This document shows, one piece after another, positions 54,751 through 64,000 of a DNA stretch of 64,000 bases. A model generated the notes under the pieces. That model had not been told where the DNA came from, did no database searches, and saw only the letters and a program-made list of their open reading frames with translations. The stretch spans positions 352,001 to 416,000 of the forward strand of contig CAVUZH010000014.1 in the NCBI GenBank assembly GCA_963745835.1, given 5' to 3'. Position numbers and translations under genes: made by a program. Origin of the DNA: an uncultured delta proteobacterium (GTDB lineage: Bacteria > Desulfobacterota > Binatia > UBA9968). Within the stretch, counting starts at the first letter, position 1. The number at the start of each line of letters is the position of its first letter.

Positions 54751-55652
54751 TTACGCGGCGCGAACGATCAGAACAGGATCTCCGGAGAGGCGTACCACTT
54801 TTTCGGTTACGCTCCCCAATACCCAGCGCTTTACGCCCGAGCGTCCATGCGTGCACATGGCTATAAGGTTATCGGGCGTTCGCTGGCCGAGGCGCAACGA
54901 TCTCACCGGCTCCGGAGCCTTCGGCTATGGCGAAGGAAACTTTTTCGATTCCGTTGCGCTTCAGCTCCGTAACTTTGCTTTCGAGGTAACTTTGCGCCTC
55001 GTCCCTGAGCGCGACGCTGATCCGCTCATAATCGACTGGGTAGTAATCCTCCATTCCTGCGTAAGTAGTGACAGGGATATGGTAGGCACGGAGCAAAAGG
55101 ATTTCCAGTTTTAATGCATTGGCCAACTGCACGACAGGAGAGAGGACGATTTCCGCCAACTCAGATCCGTCGAGAGGAACGATCACAGATCGTAGGATTG
55201 CCTGCCCTTCGCTCTTGGTTTCTTCATTGGCGCGGATGAGTAGGAGTGGATTGATTGAGCTCCGCAGCACCTTTTCCGCCACACTTCCCAGAAGCAATCG
55301 ATTGAATCCCGAACGGCCGTGTGTGGCCATGGCCGTAAGCGTTGCATCCGATCCCGCCTTTTCAATGATGACGTCTTCCGCCTTGCCCTTTTCTACAGTG
55401 CACTTTACCTCGTGGTCGGGAAACGTTTTTGCTATGCGTTTCAAATACTCTTCAGTGCTTCGAGCGCTTTCGGCGACGATCGGTTCGAAATAGCCGCTGC
55501 CACGAAATACCTGACTTGTCAATACCAGCAATATCGACAATACCCAAAAGCTCGACGGGGATTTTGAGCGTTCTCGCCAGAGTTCGGCCGTAGGGCAGCG
55601 CCGCTTCAGCCGTCTTCGATCCATCCAGCGGTATTAGCAATCGTGTGTACAT
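54751..55652 (-). CDS. Tandem-domain universal stress protein, frameshifted
   Basis: [16 protein letters not shown]...GSVAEKV, second VPLDGS...MCTHGRSG. Confidence 0.85.
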
Positions 55653-55956
55653 AGCTATCCTCTTCTAATTATCTACTCTCCTGCTCCGGGTAAATTTATG
55701 CGTAGAATGCCGCCGCAATTTTTCCATTATCATGAATCGAGACTCAGCCATTTTCGCAAATGATCGCTGCGGCTATCTGCTGAACCAGACATCACTGCCA
55801 AGTTCTTTTCTCAAACCTCTGAGCCAAGATCCGATCGACCAACAGACACTTGCAATCGCTCGCTGCTGTTCGACCGATTAAGCAGTCTCAAACTCAGAGC
55901 ATGGGATGCTCTCTTCATCCTTGTCCTTTAATCTCAATGCCATGACGATCTGTAAG

Positions 55957-55973
55957 CGCAATGATAATGCCAA
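55957..55973 (-). promoter_or_regulatory. sigma54 promoter
   Basis: TTGGCATTATCATTGCG. Confidence 0.65.
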
Positions 55974-56073
55974 GCGCGAACAGGCAGTGCTACTCAAAGC
56001 AATCCATTCCTTGTGGAAAGGCCGTCTTCAAAACGGAGCATCGAAACGCTTCTCCTTCTAAAGGCAATAAGGA

Positions 56074-56101
56074 TGAGGCACAAATGTGAGGCATTGTGGC
56101 A
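56074..56101 (+). promoter_or_regulatory. Conserved 28-bp upstream element, copy 2 of 3
   Basis: TGAGGCACAAATGTGAGGCATTGTGGCA. Confidence 0.55.
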
Positions 56102-56225
56102 TTATTGTAAATCACCGCTGGAAGTCCATTCGGTGAAAACATCGCAGAAAGTACGAGCAGCTAGTGCGCTCGATCAGCGCGAAGACAGAATGGCTAAGGC
56201 TCAAGAGAATTCAAGGCTCATCGGA

Positions 56226-56265
56226 TGAAACAGCTGAAACATCTGAAACGTTACAGCATGTTTCA
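56226..56265. repeat. TGAAAC repeats (three at 9-bp period plus one inverted)
   Basis: TGAAACAGC-TGAAACATC-TGAAAC...GTTTCA. Confidence 0.55.
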
Positions 56266-56335
56266 TGCAACATGGTCATTTGGCGAGTGAGCGCGCGAAC
56301 CTAGTGTCTACCACGACTTAACTCTCCCATCTGCA

Positions 56336-56352
56336 TTGGCATCTTCATTGCG
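56336..56352 (+). promoter_or_regulatory. sigma54 promoter of the DoxX-tal operon
   Basis: TTGGCATCTTCATTGCG. Confidence 0.7.
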
Positions 56353-56412
56353 CTAACATCTTTATGGATGCTTGAACGGCATCCATAAAAACTTTCGCAG
56401 GAGGAAACGAAA

Positions 56413-56826
56413 ATGGCTCGTCCAATGCTCAGGCCCGCGTACGTCGCTGCTGAACCAACTACAGACTACGCGCATCAGGCCTATATGATTCTCAAGTTTG
56501 GGTTCACCGTCGCACCGGTCATCGCCGGGCTCGACAAGTTTTCTAATTTGTTGGTGGACTGGACTCAATATCTCACGCCGTTGGTACCGACATGGACCGG
56601 GATCGATCCGGCCACTTTCATGATGGTGGTAGGAGTCATCGAAATCATCGCCGGTATTGCGGTCGCGGTGAAACCGAAGTTCGGCGCTTTGATCGTTACC
56701 GCCTGGCTCTGGGGTATCATCATAAACTTATTGCTGGTGCCGGGATATTTTGACGTCGCGTTGCGCGATCTAGGTTTATCCTTTGGCGCGCTTGCCCTTG
56801 CGAGATTAGCCGAGCGCGAGGAATAG
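56413..56826 (+). CDS. DoxX-like membrane protein
   Basis: AGLDKF...W..YL, VGVIEI, YFDVALRDLGL. Confidence 0.8.
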   Translation: MARPMLRPAYVAAEPTTDYAHQAYMILKFGFTVAPVIAGLDKFSNLLVDWTQYLTPLVPTWTGIDPATFMMVVGVIEIIAGIAVAVKPKFGALIVTAWLWGIIINLLLVPGYFDVALRDLGLSFGALALARLAEREE

Positions 56827-56915
56827 CTCGGCGTCGGCGTTCTGATCAATTACGATTTACCCGGGTTGCTCGGCGCATCAAATGACGGCGGCGGCGATGC
56901 GCAATGGGAGGAACG

Positions 56916-58019
56916 ATGAAGAGGACGCAGCAATTGCACGATCTGGGTCAGAGGCTTTGGCTCGACAATATCACGCGCGGGCTTCTGACGAGCGGCACAC
57001 TTGACCGCTACATTAGCGATTTTTCGGTGACGGGGATTACCTCCAATCCGACGATCTTCGATAAGGCCATCAAAGAGGCGGGCTTCTACGACGATGCCAT
57101 CTCTCAAAAGACAGTTCAGGGTAAATGGGGCGAGGAGTTGTTCTACGAACTTGCGTTGGAGGATTTGATCCGGGCAGCCGACCTGTTCCGTCCGGTCCAC
57201 GAGGCCACCAGCGGGATTGACGGCTGGGTTTCGTTGGAGGTGTCTCCCTTGTTGGCCGATGACACGGCCGGCAGTATAAAATCGGCGGTACAACTTCATG
57301 CGCGCGCGAGTCGCCCCAATCTTTTCATCAAAATTCCAGGTACCCGTAAAGGCGTTTCCGCGATTGAGGAGACAATCTTCGCGGGCGTGCCGATTAACGT
57401 CACACTGTTGTTCTCGCTAGAACAATACATCGCGGGAGCCGAGGCGTATATGCGCGGAATCGAACGCCGCATTGCCGCCGGCCTCGATCCGAACGTCGCT
57501 TCAGTAGCATCGCTCTTCGTCAGCCGCTGGGACGTAGCGGTCAAGGACAAGGTTTCAGACGGGCTGCGCAATCGCCTCGGCATTGCTATCGCCAAGCGCA
57601 CGTATAAGGCCTATCGCGACCTGCTGGCCTCGCCGCGTTGGCGGAAGCTTGCCGGCTCCGGCGCCCGGCCGCAACGCTTGCTCTGGGCAAGCACCGGAAC
57701 GAAGGACATGCAGGCCCCAGAGACCCTCTACATCGAAGCGCTGGCAGCTCCCGATACCATCAACACAATGCCGGAAAAGACGTTGCGCGCCTTCGCCGAG
57801 CACGGTCGAATAAGAGGCGTGTTGCCGATCGATGGCGGCGACGCCGAAGACGTGCTCGCCGAATTCACCCGCGAAGGCATCAATGATGAAACGCTTGCCG
57901 CTGATCTCCAGAGCGAGGGCACCCAATCTTTCAATAAGTCCTGGAACGACTTGTTGGCTTGCATTGCGTCAAAAAGTGTCCTCGTCAGGAACAAGTCTGA
58001 TCAAGCAGGAAGGAAATGA
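56916..58019 (+). CDS. tal: Transaldolase (type 2)
   Basis: WLDN, GITSNPTIF, VSLEVSP, IKIPGT, NVTLLFS, LWASTGTK. Confidence 0.95.
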   Translation: MKRTQQLHDLGQRLWLDNITRGLLTSGTLDRYISDFSVTGITSNPTIFDKAIKEAGFYDDAISQKTVQGKWGEELFYELALEDLIRAADLFRPVHEATSGIDGWVSLEVSPLLADDTAGSIKSAVQLHARASRPNLFIKIPGTRKGVSAIEETIFAGVPINVTLLFSLEQYIAGAEAYMRGIERRIAAGLDPNVASVASLFVSRWDVAVKDKVSDGLRNRLGIAIAKRTYKAYRDLLASPRWRKLAGSGARPQRLLWASTGTKDMQAPETLYIEALAAPDTINTMPEKTLRAFAEHGRIRGVLPIDGGDAEDVLAEFTREGINDETLAADLQSEGTQSFNKSWNDLLACIASKSVLVRNKSDQAGRK

Positions 58020-58064
58020 CAGTGACCTGAGGTATCTCAGGCCCAACATGTTAGGGAGGATCAA

Positions 58065-59648
58065 ATGAGCGAAGTAAAGGTGGAACTGAGTGGACCCGAT
58101 CTCGTGCAGGGAGTCGCACTCTCGACAATTGCCGACGGCGCCATGCTGCTCGGCCATGCCCACGGCGAATCGGCGCTCCTCGTACGTCGAGGCGATGAGC
58201 TGTTCGCGGTTGGTAACGCGTGCGCCCACTATGGCGCCCCGCTAAACGAGGGGCTGCTTGTCGACGATACGGTTCGTTGTCCGTGGCATCACGCCTGTTT
58301 CAGCTTGCGTACCGGTGCGGCCCTTCGGGCACCGGCCTTAAGTCCCATCTCGTGTTGGCGCGTCGAGCAGCGAGACGGCATGGTGTATGTGCGAGAAAAG
58401 ATCGAGATGACAGCCCAGCCACTACCGATGCCAGGGGCGGCCGGTATACCGGAGTCGGTCGTGATCGTTGGTGGTGGGGCGGCGGGCAACGCCGCTGCGG
58501 AAATGCTCCGTCTGGAGGGGTATCTCGGCCGTATCAGCCTGTTGAGCGCTGATGAGTCATTACCCTATGACCGCCCCAACCTTTCGAAAGCCTATCTCGC
58601 GGGCACCGCGCGCGAGGAGTCAAATCCGCTTCGATCCACGGAGTTTTACCAACAGCATAGTATCGATGTGAAGCTGCGGGCGCGGGTCGCCGCAATCGAT
58701 GCGCCGCGCCGCTACGTCGAACTCGTAGACGGCAGCCGGTATGCTTACGATGCGCTCCTGCTGGCCACCGGCGCCGAGCCGGTGCGCCTCGAATTGCCTG
58801 GCGGGGATCTCCCACACGTCCATTACTTGCGCACTCTCGCCGACAGCCGCGCTCTTGTCGGCAAGGCTCTGGCAGCGCGGCAGGCCGTAGTGATCGGCGC
58901 GAGTTTCATCGGGCTCGAGGTGGCGGCATCCCTGCGAGCGCGGAATATCGAAGTGACGGTGGTCGGCCGAGAGACATGCCCTATGGCGAAGATTCTCGGA
59001 GCCGATGTCGGCAATTTCATCCGCAAACTCCATGAAGAACACGGTGTGACGTTCCATCTCGGCACGACCGCTACATCGATTGACACGCGCCAGGTCGTTT
59101 TGAAGAACGGAGCGACCCTTCCGGCCGATCTCGTGGTCATCGGCATCGGCGTGCGACCGGCGATTTCACTGGCAGAACAGGCAGGGCTCGCCATCGACCG
59201 GGGCGTCACTGTGGACGAGTACTTGGAAACGAGCATCCCCGGTATCTTTGCAGCCGGCGATATCGTGCGCTGGCCGGACCGGTTCACCGGCGAACGGATT
59301 CGTGTCGAACATTGGGTTGTTGCGCAACGCCAGGGGCAGACGGCCGCGCGCAACATGCTGGGTCGACGGGAGCGTTTCGACGCCGTTCCGTTCTTCTGGA
59401 CCGAGCAATACGATTTCGGCCTCGCTTACGTCGGGCACGCCGAGCGATGGGATAAAGCCGAAATCGATGGGCAGCTTGACGCGCGAGACTGCACGATCGC
59501 GTATCGGAAGGGCGGCAGGAAATTGGCGGTCGCGCTGATTCACCGGGATCTCGAGGGACTTCGGGCCGAAGTCGAGTTCGAGAGGACAATCGCCGCCATA
59601 GGAGCAGCCGATCCTTCGAGCAAAAACCTTTTGAGACACTATGGTTGA
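58065..59648 (+). CDS. Rieske [2Fe-2S] plus FAD-dependent reductase (AIF-like)
   Basis: CAHYG...RCPWH; GGGAAG, YDRPNLSK, GASFIGLE, RVEHW. Confidence 0.9.
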   Translation: MSEVKVELSGPDLVQGVALSTIADGAMLLGHAHGESALLVRRGDELFAVGNACAHYGAPLNEGLLVDDTVRCPWHHACFSLRTGAALRAPALSPISCWRVEQRDGMVYVREKIEMTAQPLPMPGAAGIPESVVIVGGGAAGNAAAEMLRLEGYLGRISLLSADESLPYDRPNLSKAYLAGTAREESNPLRSTEFYQQHSIDVKLRARVAAIDAPRRYVELVDGSRYAYDALLLATGAEPVRLELPGGDLPHVHYLRTLADSRALVGKALAARQAVVIGASFIGLEVAASLRARNIEVTVVGRETCPMAKILGADVGNFIRKLHEEHGVTFHLGTTATSIDTRQVVLKNGATLPADLVVIGIGVRPAISLAEQAGLAIDRGVTVDEYLETSIPGIFAAGDIVRWPDRFTGERIRVEHWVVAQRQGQTAARNMLGRRERFDAVPFFWTEQYDFGLAYVGHAERWDKAEIDGQLDARDCTIAYRKGGRKLAVALIHRDLEGLRAEVEFERTIAAIGAADPSSKNLLRHYG

Positions 59649-59719
59649 CCTTGACCGGCAGTTCGGCCGCTGCTTAAAGCCAGCGTCTCGGAGAATAATC
59701 GACCGGAAGGAAGACCAAG

Positions 59720-59935
59720 ATGACGAGAAGATTTAGCGTGGGGGATCACGTGACATGGAACTCGGAGGCCGGACAGGTCAGCGGCAAGATCATTGAAGTG
59801 CACATAAAAAATATCGCCTACAAAGGGTATACCCACCACGCGAGCAAGAAAGATCCTCAGTATGAAATCAAGAGCGACAAGACCGACCGCATCGCAATGC
59901 ACAAAGGCTCGGCTCTGCACAAAGCGAACGACTGA
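59720..59935 (+). CDS. DUF2945 (HVA1-like) protein
   Basis: VGDHVTWNSEAG...YEIKSDKT...HKGSAL. Confidence 0.88.
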   Translation: MTRRFSVGDHVTWNSEAGQVSGKIIEVHIKNIAYKGYTHHASKKDPQYEIKSDKTDRIAMHKGSALHKAND

Positions 59936-60039
59936 CACCGCAATCGGCATTGGTTGTTTAGCCAAGGTGTGAACATCAGGAAAACGGGCGGCTCCGTGAC
60001 AACGATTCTCTGTTACGGAGGAGAACATGTAGCTCGTGA

Positions 60040-60322
60040 CGAGAGAGCTAAAAAGTTAGACCGGCATGAGACAGCTAAGACGGATTATTGTGAGTATGAT
60101 CTGGGAGTCGGCGGAGAGGTAGCCTTAAGCTCGGCCGTGGTTCTTGCCAAGCGATGTAAAGCTGCACTTCGACTGGTGCATGTGGTAGAGCCGCTCGATT
60201 CTTATCAAAGGATTTCGCATCCACTGACTTCTCCTTACCCGGTTGAGGAAATCGAAAAGAAGCCTGCTCACGGCCTCTTCATCGGTGAATCCTGTAATCG
60301 TAGCAGCAGCGCGATTGAATGA
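60040..60322 (+). pseudogene. USP N-terminal fragment
   Basis: ALSSAVVLAKRCKAALRLVHVVEP. Confidence 0.55.
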
Positions 60323-60538
60323 TATGATCGCATTCTGCGGTCAATCGTCAAGATTTTATCAGAGACACTGTCCAGAATCTGGCCCGCGTGTTGCAGGTTG
60401 CAAGACAGGCACTTAGCCGGTCCTGCGGTTCGACGTCTGGATAAACGGACATGACTAAGACTTTAGGAAACTAACCCGTGGAAGATAAGAGCTACCGGCA
60501 TTGCGGCCGGGCACATGAATTTCTATCGTCCAGGACGG

Positions 60539-61520
60539 TTAACCTGACAGCGAGTTGCTACGCCCGCCGTTCGCTTCCACACAGTTCAGCTGTTCGCTGC
60601 GACGCAGTTCACTGGTCGGCGAGCCACCGCGGACGATTAGAACCGGATCTCGGGAGAGGCGTACCACCTTTTCCGTTACGCTCCCTAACACCCACCGCTT
60701 TACACCCGACCGTCCATGCGTGCACATAGCGATGAGATTATTGGGAGTCCGCCCGCTCAGCGCCACGATCTCACCGGCGCCGGAGCCCTCGGGTATGGCG
60801 AAAGAAACCTTCTCGACTCCTTTACGCTTCAGCTCCCCGACTTTGCTTTCGAGGTAACTTTGCGCCTCGTCCCTGAGCGCGCCCCTGATCACTTCGTAAT
60901 TAACCGCATTGTAATCATCTGCGCCGGCATAAGTGTTGAAACGGGGATAGGCCCGGAGCAAAAGGACCTCCAGTTCTAAGGTCTTGGCCAGCTCCACGGC
61001 AGCGGGAAGGACGCTTTCCGCCTCCTCAGATCCGTCGAGAGGGACGATTACCTTTCTGAGGATTGCCTCACCCTCGCTATGGGCCTCTTCACTGGGGCGG
61101 ATGAGTAAAAGCGGATTGGTTGAGCCTCGCAACACCTCTTCCGCCACGCTTCCCAGAAGCAATCGATTGAATCCCGAACGGCCGTGTGTGGCCATGGCCG
61201 TAAGCGTTGCATCCGATCCCGCCTTTTCAATGATGACGTCTTCCGCCTTGCCCTTTTCTACAGTGCACTTTACCTCGTGATCGGGAAACGTGTTTCGCTA
61301 TCCGTTTTAAATATTGCTCACTGATTCGAACGCTTCCGGCGATGATCGTTTCAAAATATCGCGCGCCGCCATGGGACACGTGAGCGGCCAGTGCGCCAAT
61401 ATCGACGACGCCCAAGAGCTCGACAGGCAGCTTGAGCGTCTTGGCAATAGTTCGGGCGTAGGGCAACACTGCCGCGGCCGTTCTCGATCCATCCAGCGGT
61501 ACTAGCAATCGTCTATACAC
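60539..61520 (-). CDS. Tandem-domain universal stress protein, paralog of 54751-55652, one frameshift
   Basis: ORFs 61227-61520 and 60539-61195 with USP motifs. Confidence 0.87.
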
Positions 61521-61775
61521 TGTTTATCTCCTGTCGTTACGTATCCAGCTTTGTTGTGCTCAGAGGCGAGCCCACTCCAGTTAGGCGACTCTTTGATCCA
61601 ACGTCGAATGTCAATTAACTTTTTCTCGAACCTTGTCGCCCATGAGCGACAGCCCAGAAGACGGCCTCTGTCAATCGGCTGCTTTCTCGTGGCCTCGTTT
61701 GACTTTGATCGCAACGCGGCGTGGAATACTCATCTGCTTCTTGCCGTTTCGTTTCGGTGACATGACCTCGTTAAA

Positions 61776-61792
61776 CGCAATGTTCATTCCAC
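61776..61792 (-). promoter_or_regulatory. Candidate sigma54 promoter
   Basis: GTGGAATGAACATTGCG, in the same position as 55957 relative to the paralogous USP. Confidence 0.5.
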
Positions 61793-61854
61793 GAAGAACA
61801 GCAAGCACTCGCTCAAGGAGAGCGCATTACTGAACTTCCTTGTTGGAAAAGGCA

Positions 61855-61882
61855 TGAGGCCGAAATGTGAGGCACTTTGGCA
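61855..61882 (+). promoter_or_regulatory. Conserved 28-bp upstream element, copy 3 of 3
   Basis: TGAGGCCGAAATGTGAGGCACTTTGGCA. Confidence 0.55.
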
Positions 61883-62003
61883 GTGCTGTTATGCCGGGGA
61901 AATTTGGCGGGGTGAAATGTCAACAGTGAAGAGCTATTTGCATGACTCAACGGCTAATTCTAGGAGAGAGCTGCTGGCAGTACCCGCCTCGGGTCAGTTT
62001 CGA

Positions 62004-62390
62004 TTAGAGACATGAAGATTCTTTTGAGTTCTTACCCTGCTCGCTACTGACTCTCTCGATCACTCGGAATAAGTCGTCGGCGGAAAAGGGTTTGGAAAGA
62101 AGCTGCGCTTGCAGCTTTTCAGCGGCCTGGCGTAATCTATCGTCTGCAAAAGCTGAAATCAGAATGATCTTAGCTCCAGGATTTTTCTGCTTCAGCGCCT
62201 CGGCGATCTCAGTCCCTAACAGTCCGGGCGTGCGGACATCAAAAATGAAGAGATCGTAGGGATACGCCCATGCTTTCTCATAACCATCTACACCGTCCAT
62301 GCTCGAGACAACCTCATTCCCCCTGCTTTGTAGGATCTCTGATAAAAACTGGCAGAAAGTCTCGTCGTCTTCTATGATTAAAATACGCAA
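62004..62390 (-). CDS. Single-domain response regulator
   Basis: ILIIEDD, FIFDVRTPG, ISAF, KPF. Confidence 0.88.
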   Translation of the reverse strand: MRILIIEDDETFCQFLSEILQSRGNEVVSSMDGVDGYEKAWAYPYDLFIFDVRTPGLLGTEIAEALKQKNPGAKIILISAFADDRLRQAAEKLQAQLLSKPFSADDLFRVIERVSSEQGKNSKESSCL

Positions 62391-62425
62391 TTACGATCCT
62401 CCGTTGTTTCACTACTATCGTCCAA

Positions 62426-62442
62426 CGCAACAAATATGCCGA
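62426..62442 (-). promoter_or_regulatory. sigma54 promoter
   Basis: TCGGCATATTTGTTGCG. Confidence 0.65.
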
Positions 62443-62531
62443 TCGCGTAGGATCGTCAGCAAAGAGCGGCGGTAATTCTTTTGCGTAATGCGGGCGATAC
62501 GGAGGGATTCTTGTGCTTGAGCAGTTCGAGA

Positions 62532-63920
62532 TTAATGCTTAAAAGATTCGATCTTCCAACGTGCCAGCATGCGGTAAAGAGAGCGTCTGTCGATATGTAG
62601 AACCTTCGCCGCCCGAGAGATATTTCCTCTGGTACGGTTCATCACATAGAGCGCGTAACGCTTCTTAATCTCTTCTAAACTGGGCATGTCCGAAAAAACA
62701 AGGTGTTCATCGGCCGCGTTCTCGTACAGCGGCGGCAAGCCTTCCCGAACTTCTTGAGGCAGATCCTCTAACGTGAGGGCGGAATTTTTCGCGAGGACGA
62801 CAGCTTGCTCGATGGCATTCTCGAGCTGGCGGATATTTCCGGGCCAAGAGTAGCTCCTGAGTCGTTCGCTGGCCTCCTCAGAGATATCCGTAATGGGCTT
62901 ACCAGCAGCTAGGCTGTAGCGTCGGATAAAAATTTGCGCCAGCGCATCGATATCTTCCGTTCTTTCCCGGAGCGGCGGCAGTTGGATGGTAATCACTTTC
63001 AACCGGTAGTAAAGATCTTCTCGAAAAGCTCCGCTTTTCACCAGTTCGTCTAGATCCTTGTTGGTGGCCGCCAAGACTCGCACGTCTACTTTAATCCACT
63101 CTTTGCCCCCTACCGGTCTAATCTCTTCCTCTTGCAAGACCCGAAGAAGCTTTGACTGCATGTTAAGGCTGATATCCCCGATCTCATCGAGAAAGCAGGT
63201 TCCGCTGCTGGCCAATTGAAACACACCTTTTTTATCCCCGACGGCTCCGGTGAAAGCGCCGCGCGCGTGTCCGAATAGCTCGCTTTCCAGCAGCGTCTCG
63301 GTAAGAGCCCCACAATCCACCGCCACCAACGGACGTTGAGCGCGGGAACTGTGTTGATGAATGGACCGGGCGATCACCTCTTTGCCTGTGCCGCTTTCTC
63401 CGAGAATCAGCACCGTGCTTTTTGTGGGAGCTGCTCTTGCCACCATCTTGAACACTTCGACCATGGCCGGGCTTCTGCCGATTACGGTTTTCTGTTGCTC
63501 CAGATCCTCGCCTTGTTTGATCTTCTTGCGAGGCCGGGCTTCCAGTTCTCTTTGTCGTAAAGCGCTGAAAATGATTTTCTTCAGCTCATCCAAGTTCATC
63601 GGCTTTGAGACGTAATCATAAGCGCCCTCGTGAATAGCCTCGACGGCGGTCTCAATCGAACCGAACGCCGTCATCACGATGACGGGGAGAGACGGCTGCT
63701 CTTGCCGCATAGCCCGAGTCACATCTAGGCCACTGATTCCCGGCATCCGCACATCGACCAATAGCAAATCATAGGATTCCCTCCTCAGGCGATCGAGCGC
63801 TTCTTCACCGCTGCCAGCTTGATCTACCTCATGCCCATCTCCCTCCAGAACCTCGGCGAAAAGCCGGCAACTTACCTCGTCATCATCGACGATCAAAATG
63901 CGCGCTTGCAAGACGTTCAC
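62532..63920 (-). CDS. NtrC/AtoC/ZraR-family sigma54 response regulator
   Basis: Receiver domain (IVDDD, DVRMPG, KP), GESGTGKE, ESELFGH.RGAFTGA, Fis-type HTH. Confidence 0.95.
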   Translation of the reverse strand: MNVLQARILIVDDDEVSCRLFAEVLEGDGHEVDQAGSGEEALDRLRRESYDLLLVDVRMPGISGLDVTRAMRQEQPSLPVIVMTAFGSIETAVEAIHEGAYDYVSKPMNLDELKKIIFSALRQRELEARPRKKIKQGEDLEQQKTVIGRSPAMVEVFKMVARAAPTKSTVLILGESGTGKEVIARSIHQHSSRAQRPLVAVDCGALTETLLESELFGHARGAFTGAVGDKKGVFQLASSGTCFLDEIGDISLNMQSKLLRVLQEEEIRPVGGKEWIKVDVRVLAATNKDLDELVKSGAFREDLYYRLKVITIQLPPLRERTEDIDALAQIFIRRYSLAAGKPITDISEEASERLRSYSWPGNIRQLENAIEQAVVLAKNSALTLEDLPQEVREGLPPLYENAADEHLVFSDMPSLEEIKKRYALYVMNRTRGNISRAAKVLHIDRRSLYRMLARWKIESFKH

Positions 63921-64000
63921 CCGTTCGCTAGCGAGCTATCGTTGGCCGGATCCGTTGGAAAAAAGACTCTTACCGTTGTGCCCTTCTCGACTTGACTGTT

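Overview
Accessory, island-like DNA from a bacterium with many sigma54 promoters. Gene content and the expanded small-protein and SBP families suggest Candidatus Binatia or a related soil delta-proteobacterial lineage (inference). A 46-bp 3' half of tRNA-Arg(TCG) at 21802-21847 splits the window into two probable tandem islands. The left part (1-21.8 kb) is a decayed mosaic: an IS481 end, DUF4398/OmpA lipoproteins, five orphan COG2984-type ABC substrate-binding genes, two S1/P1 nuclease remnants, PilX and pilin remnants, SRAP, an Npt/TLC transporter and phage-like fragments. The right part (21.8-64 kb) is a stress, redox and metal island: a high-GC P-type ATPase plus HAD-GH65 block, cls, qNOR, hemerythrins, two BoxB/PaaA-like diiron proteins, OsmC, CDF, a receiver-less sigma54 activator, DoxX, an NnrS-like protein, Rnk, five USP loci, Dps, SOD, AlkA, transaldolase, a Rieske-FAD reductase and an NtrC-type regulator. 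About 17 GG-N10-GC sigma54 promoters can be read by eye. The best candidate novel system is a 34-44 kb sigma54 regulon. Five of its promoters carry paired TTCTCA-N4-TGAGAA-like boxes 30-31 bp apart. They surround an activator with no sensor domain and two epoxidase-like diiron genes that have no aromatic-catabolism partners. Many genes carry 1-bp homopolymer frameshifts, probably in part long-read errors. All family calls come from motif recognition, not from database searches.
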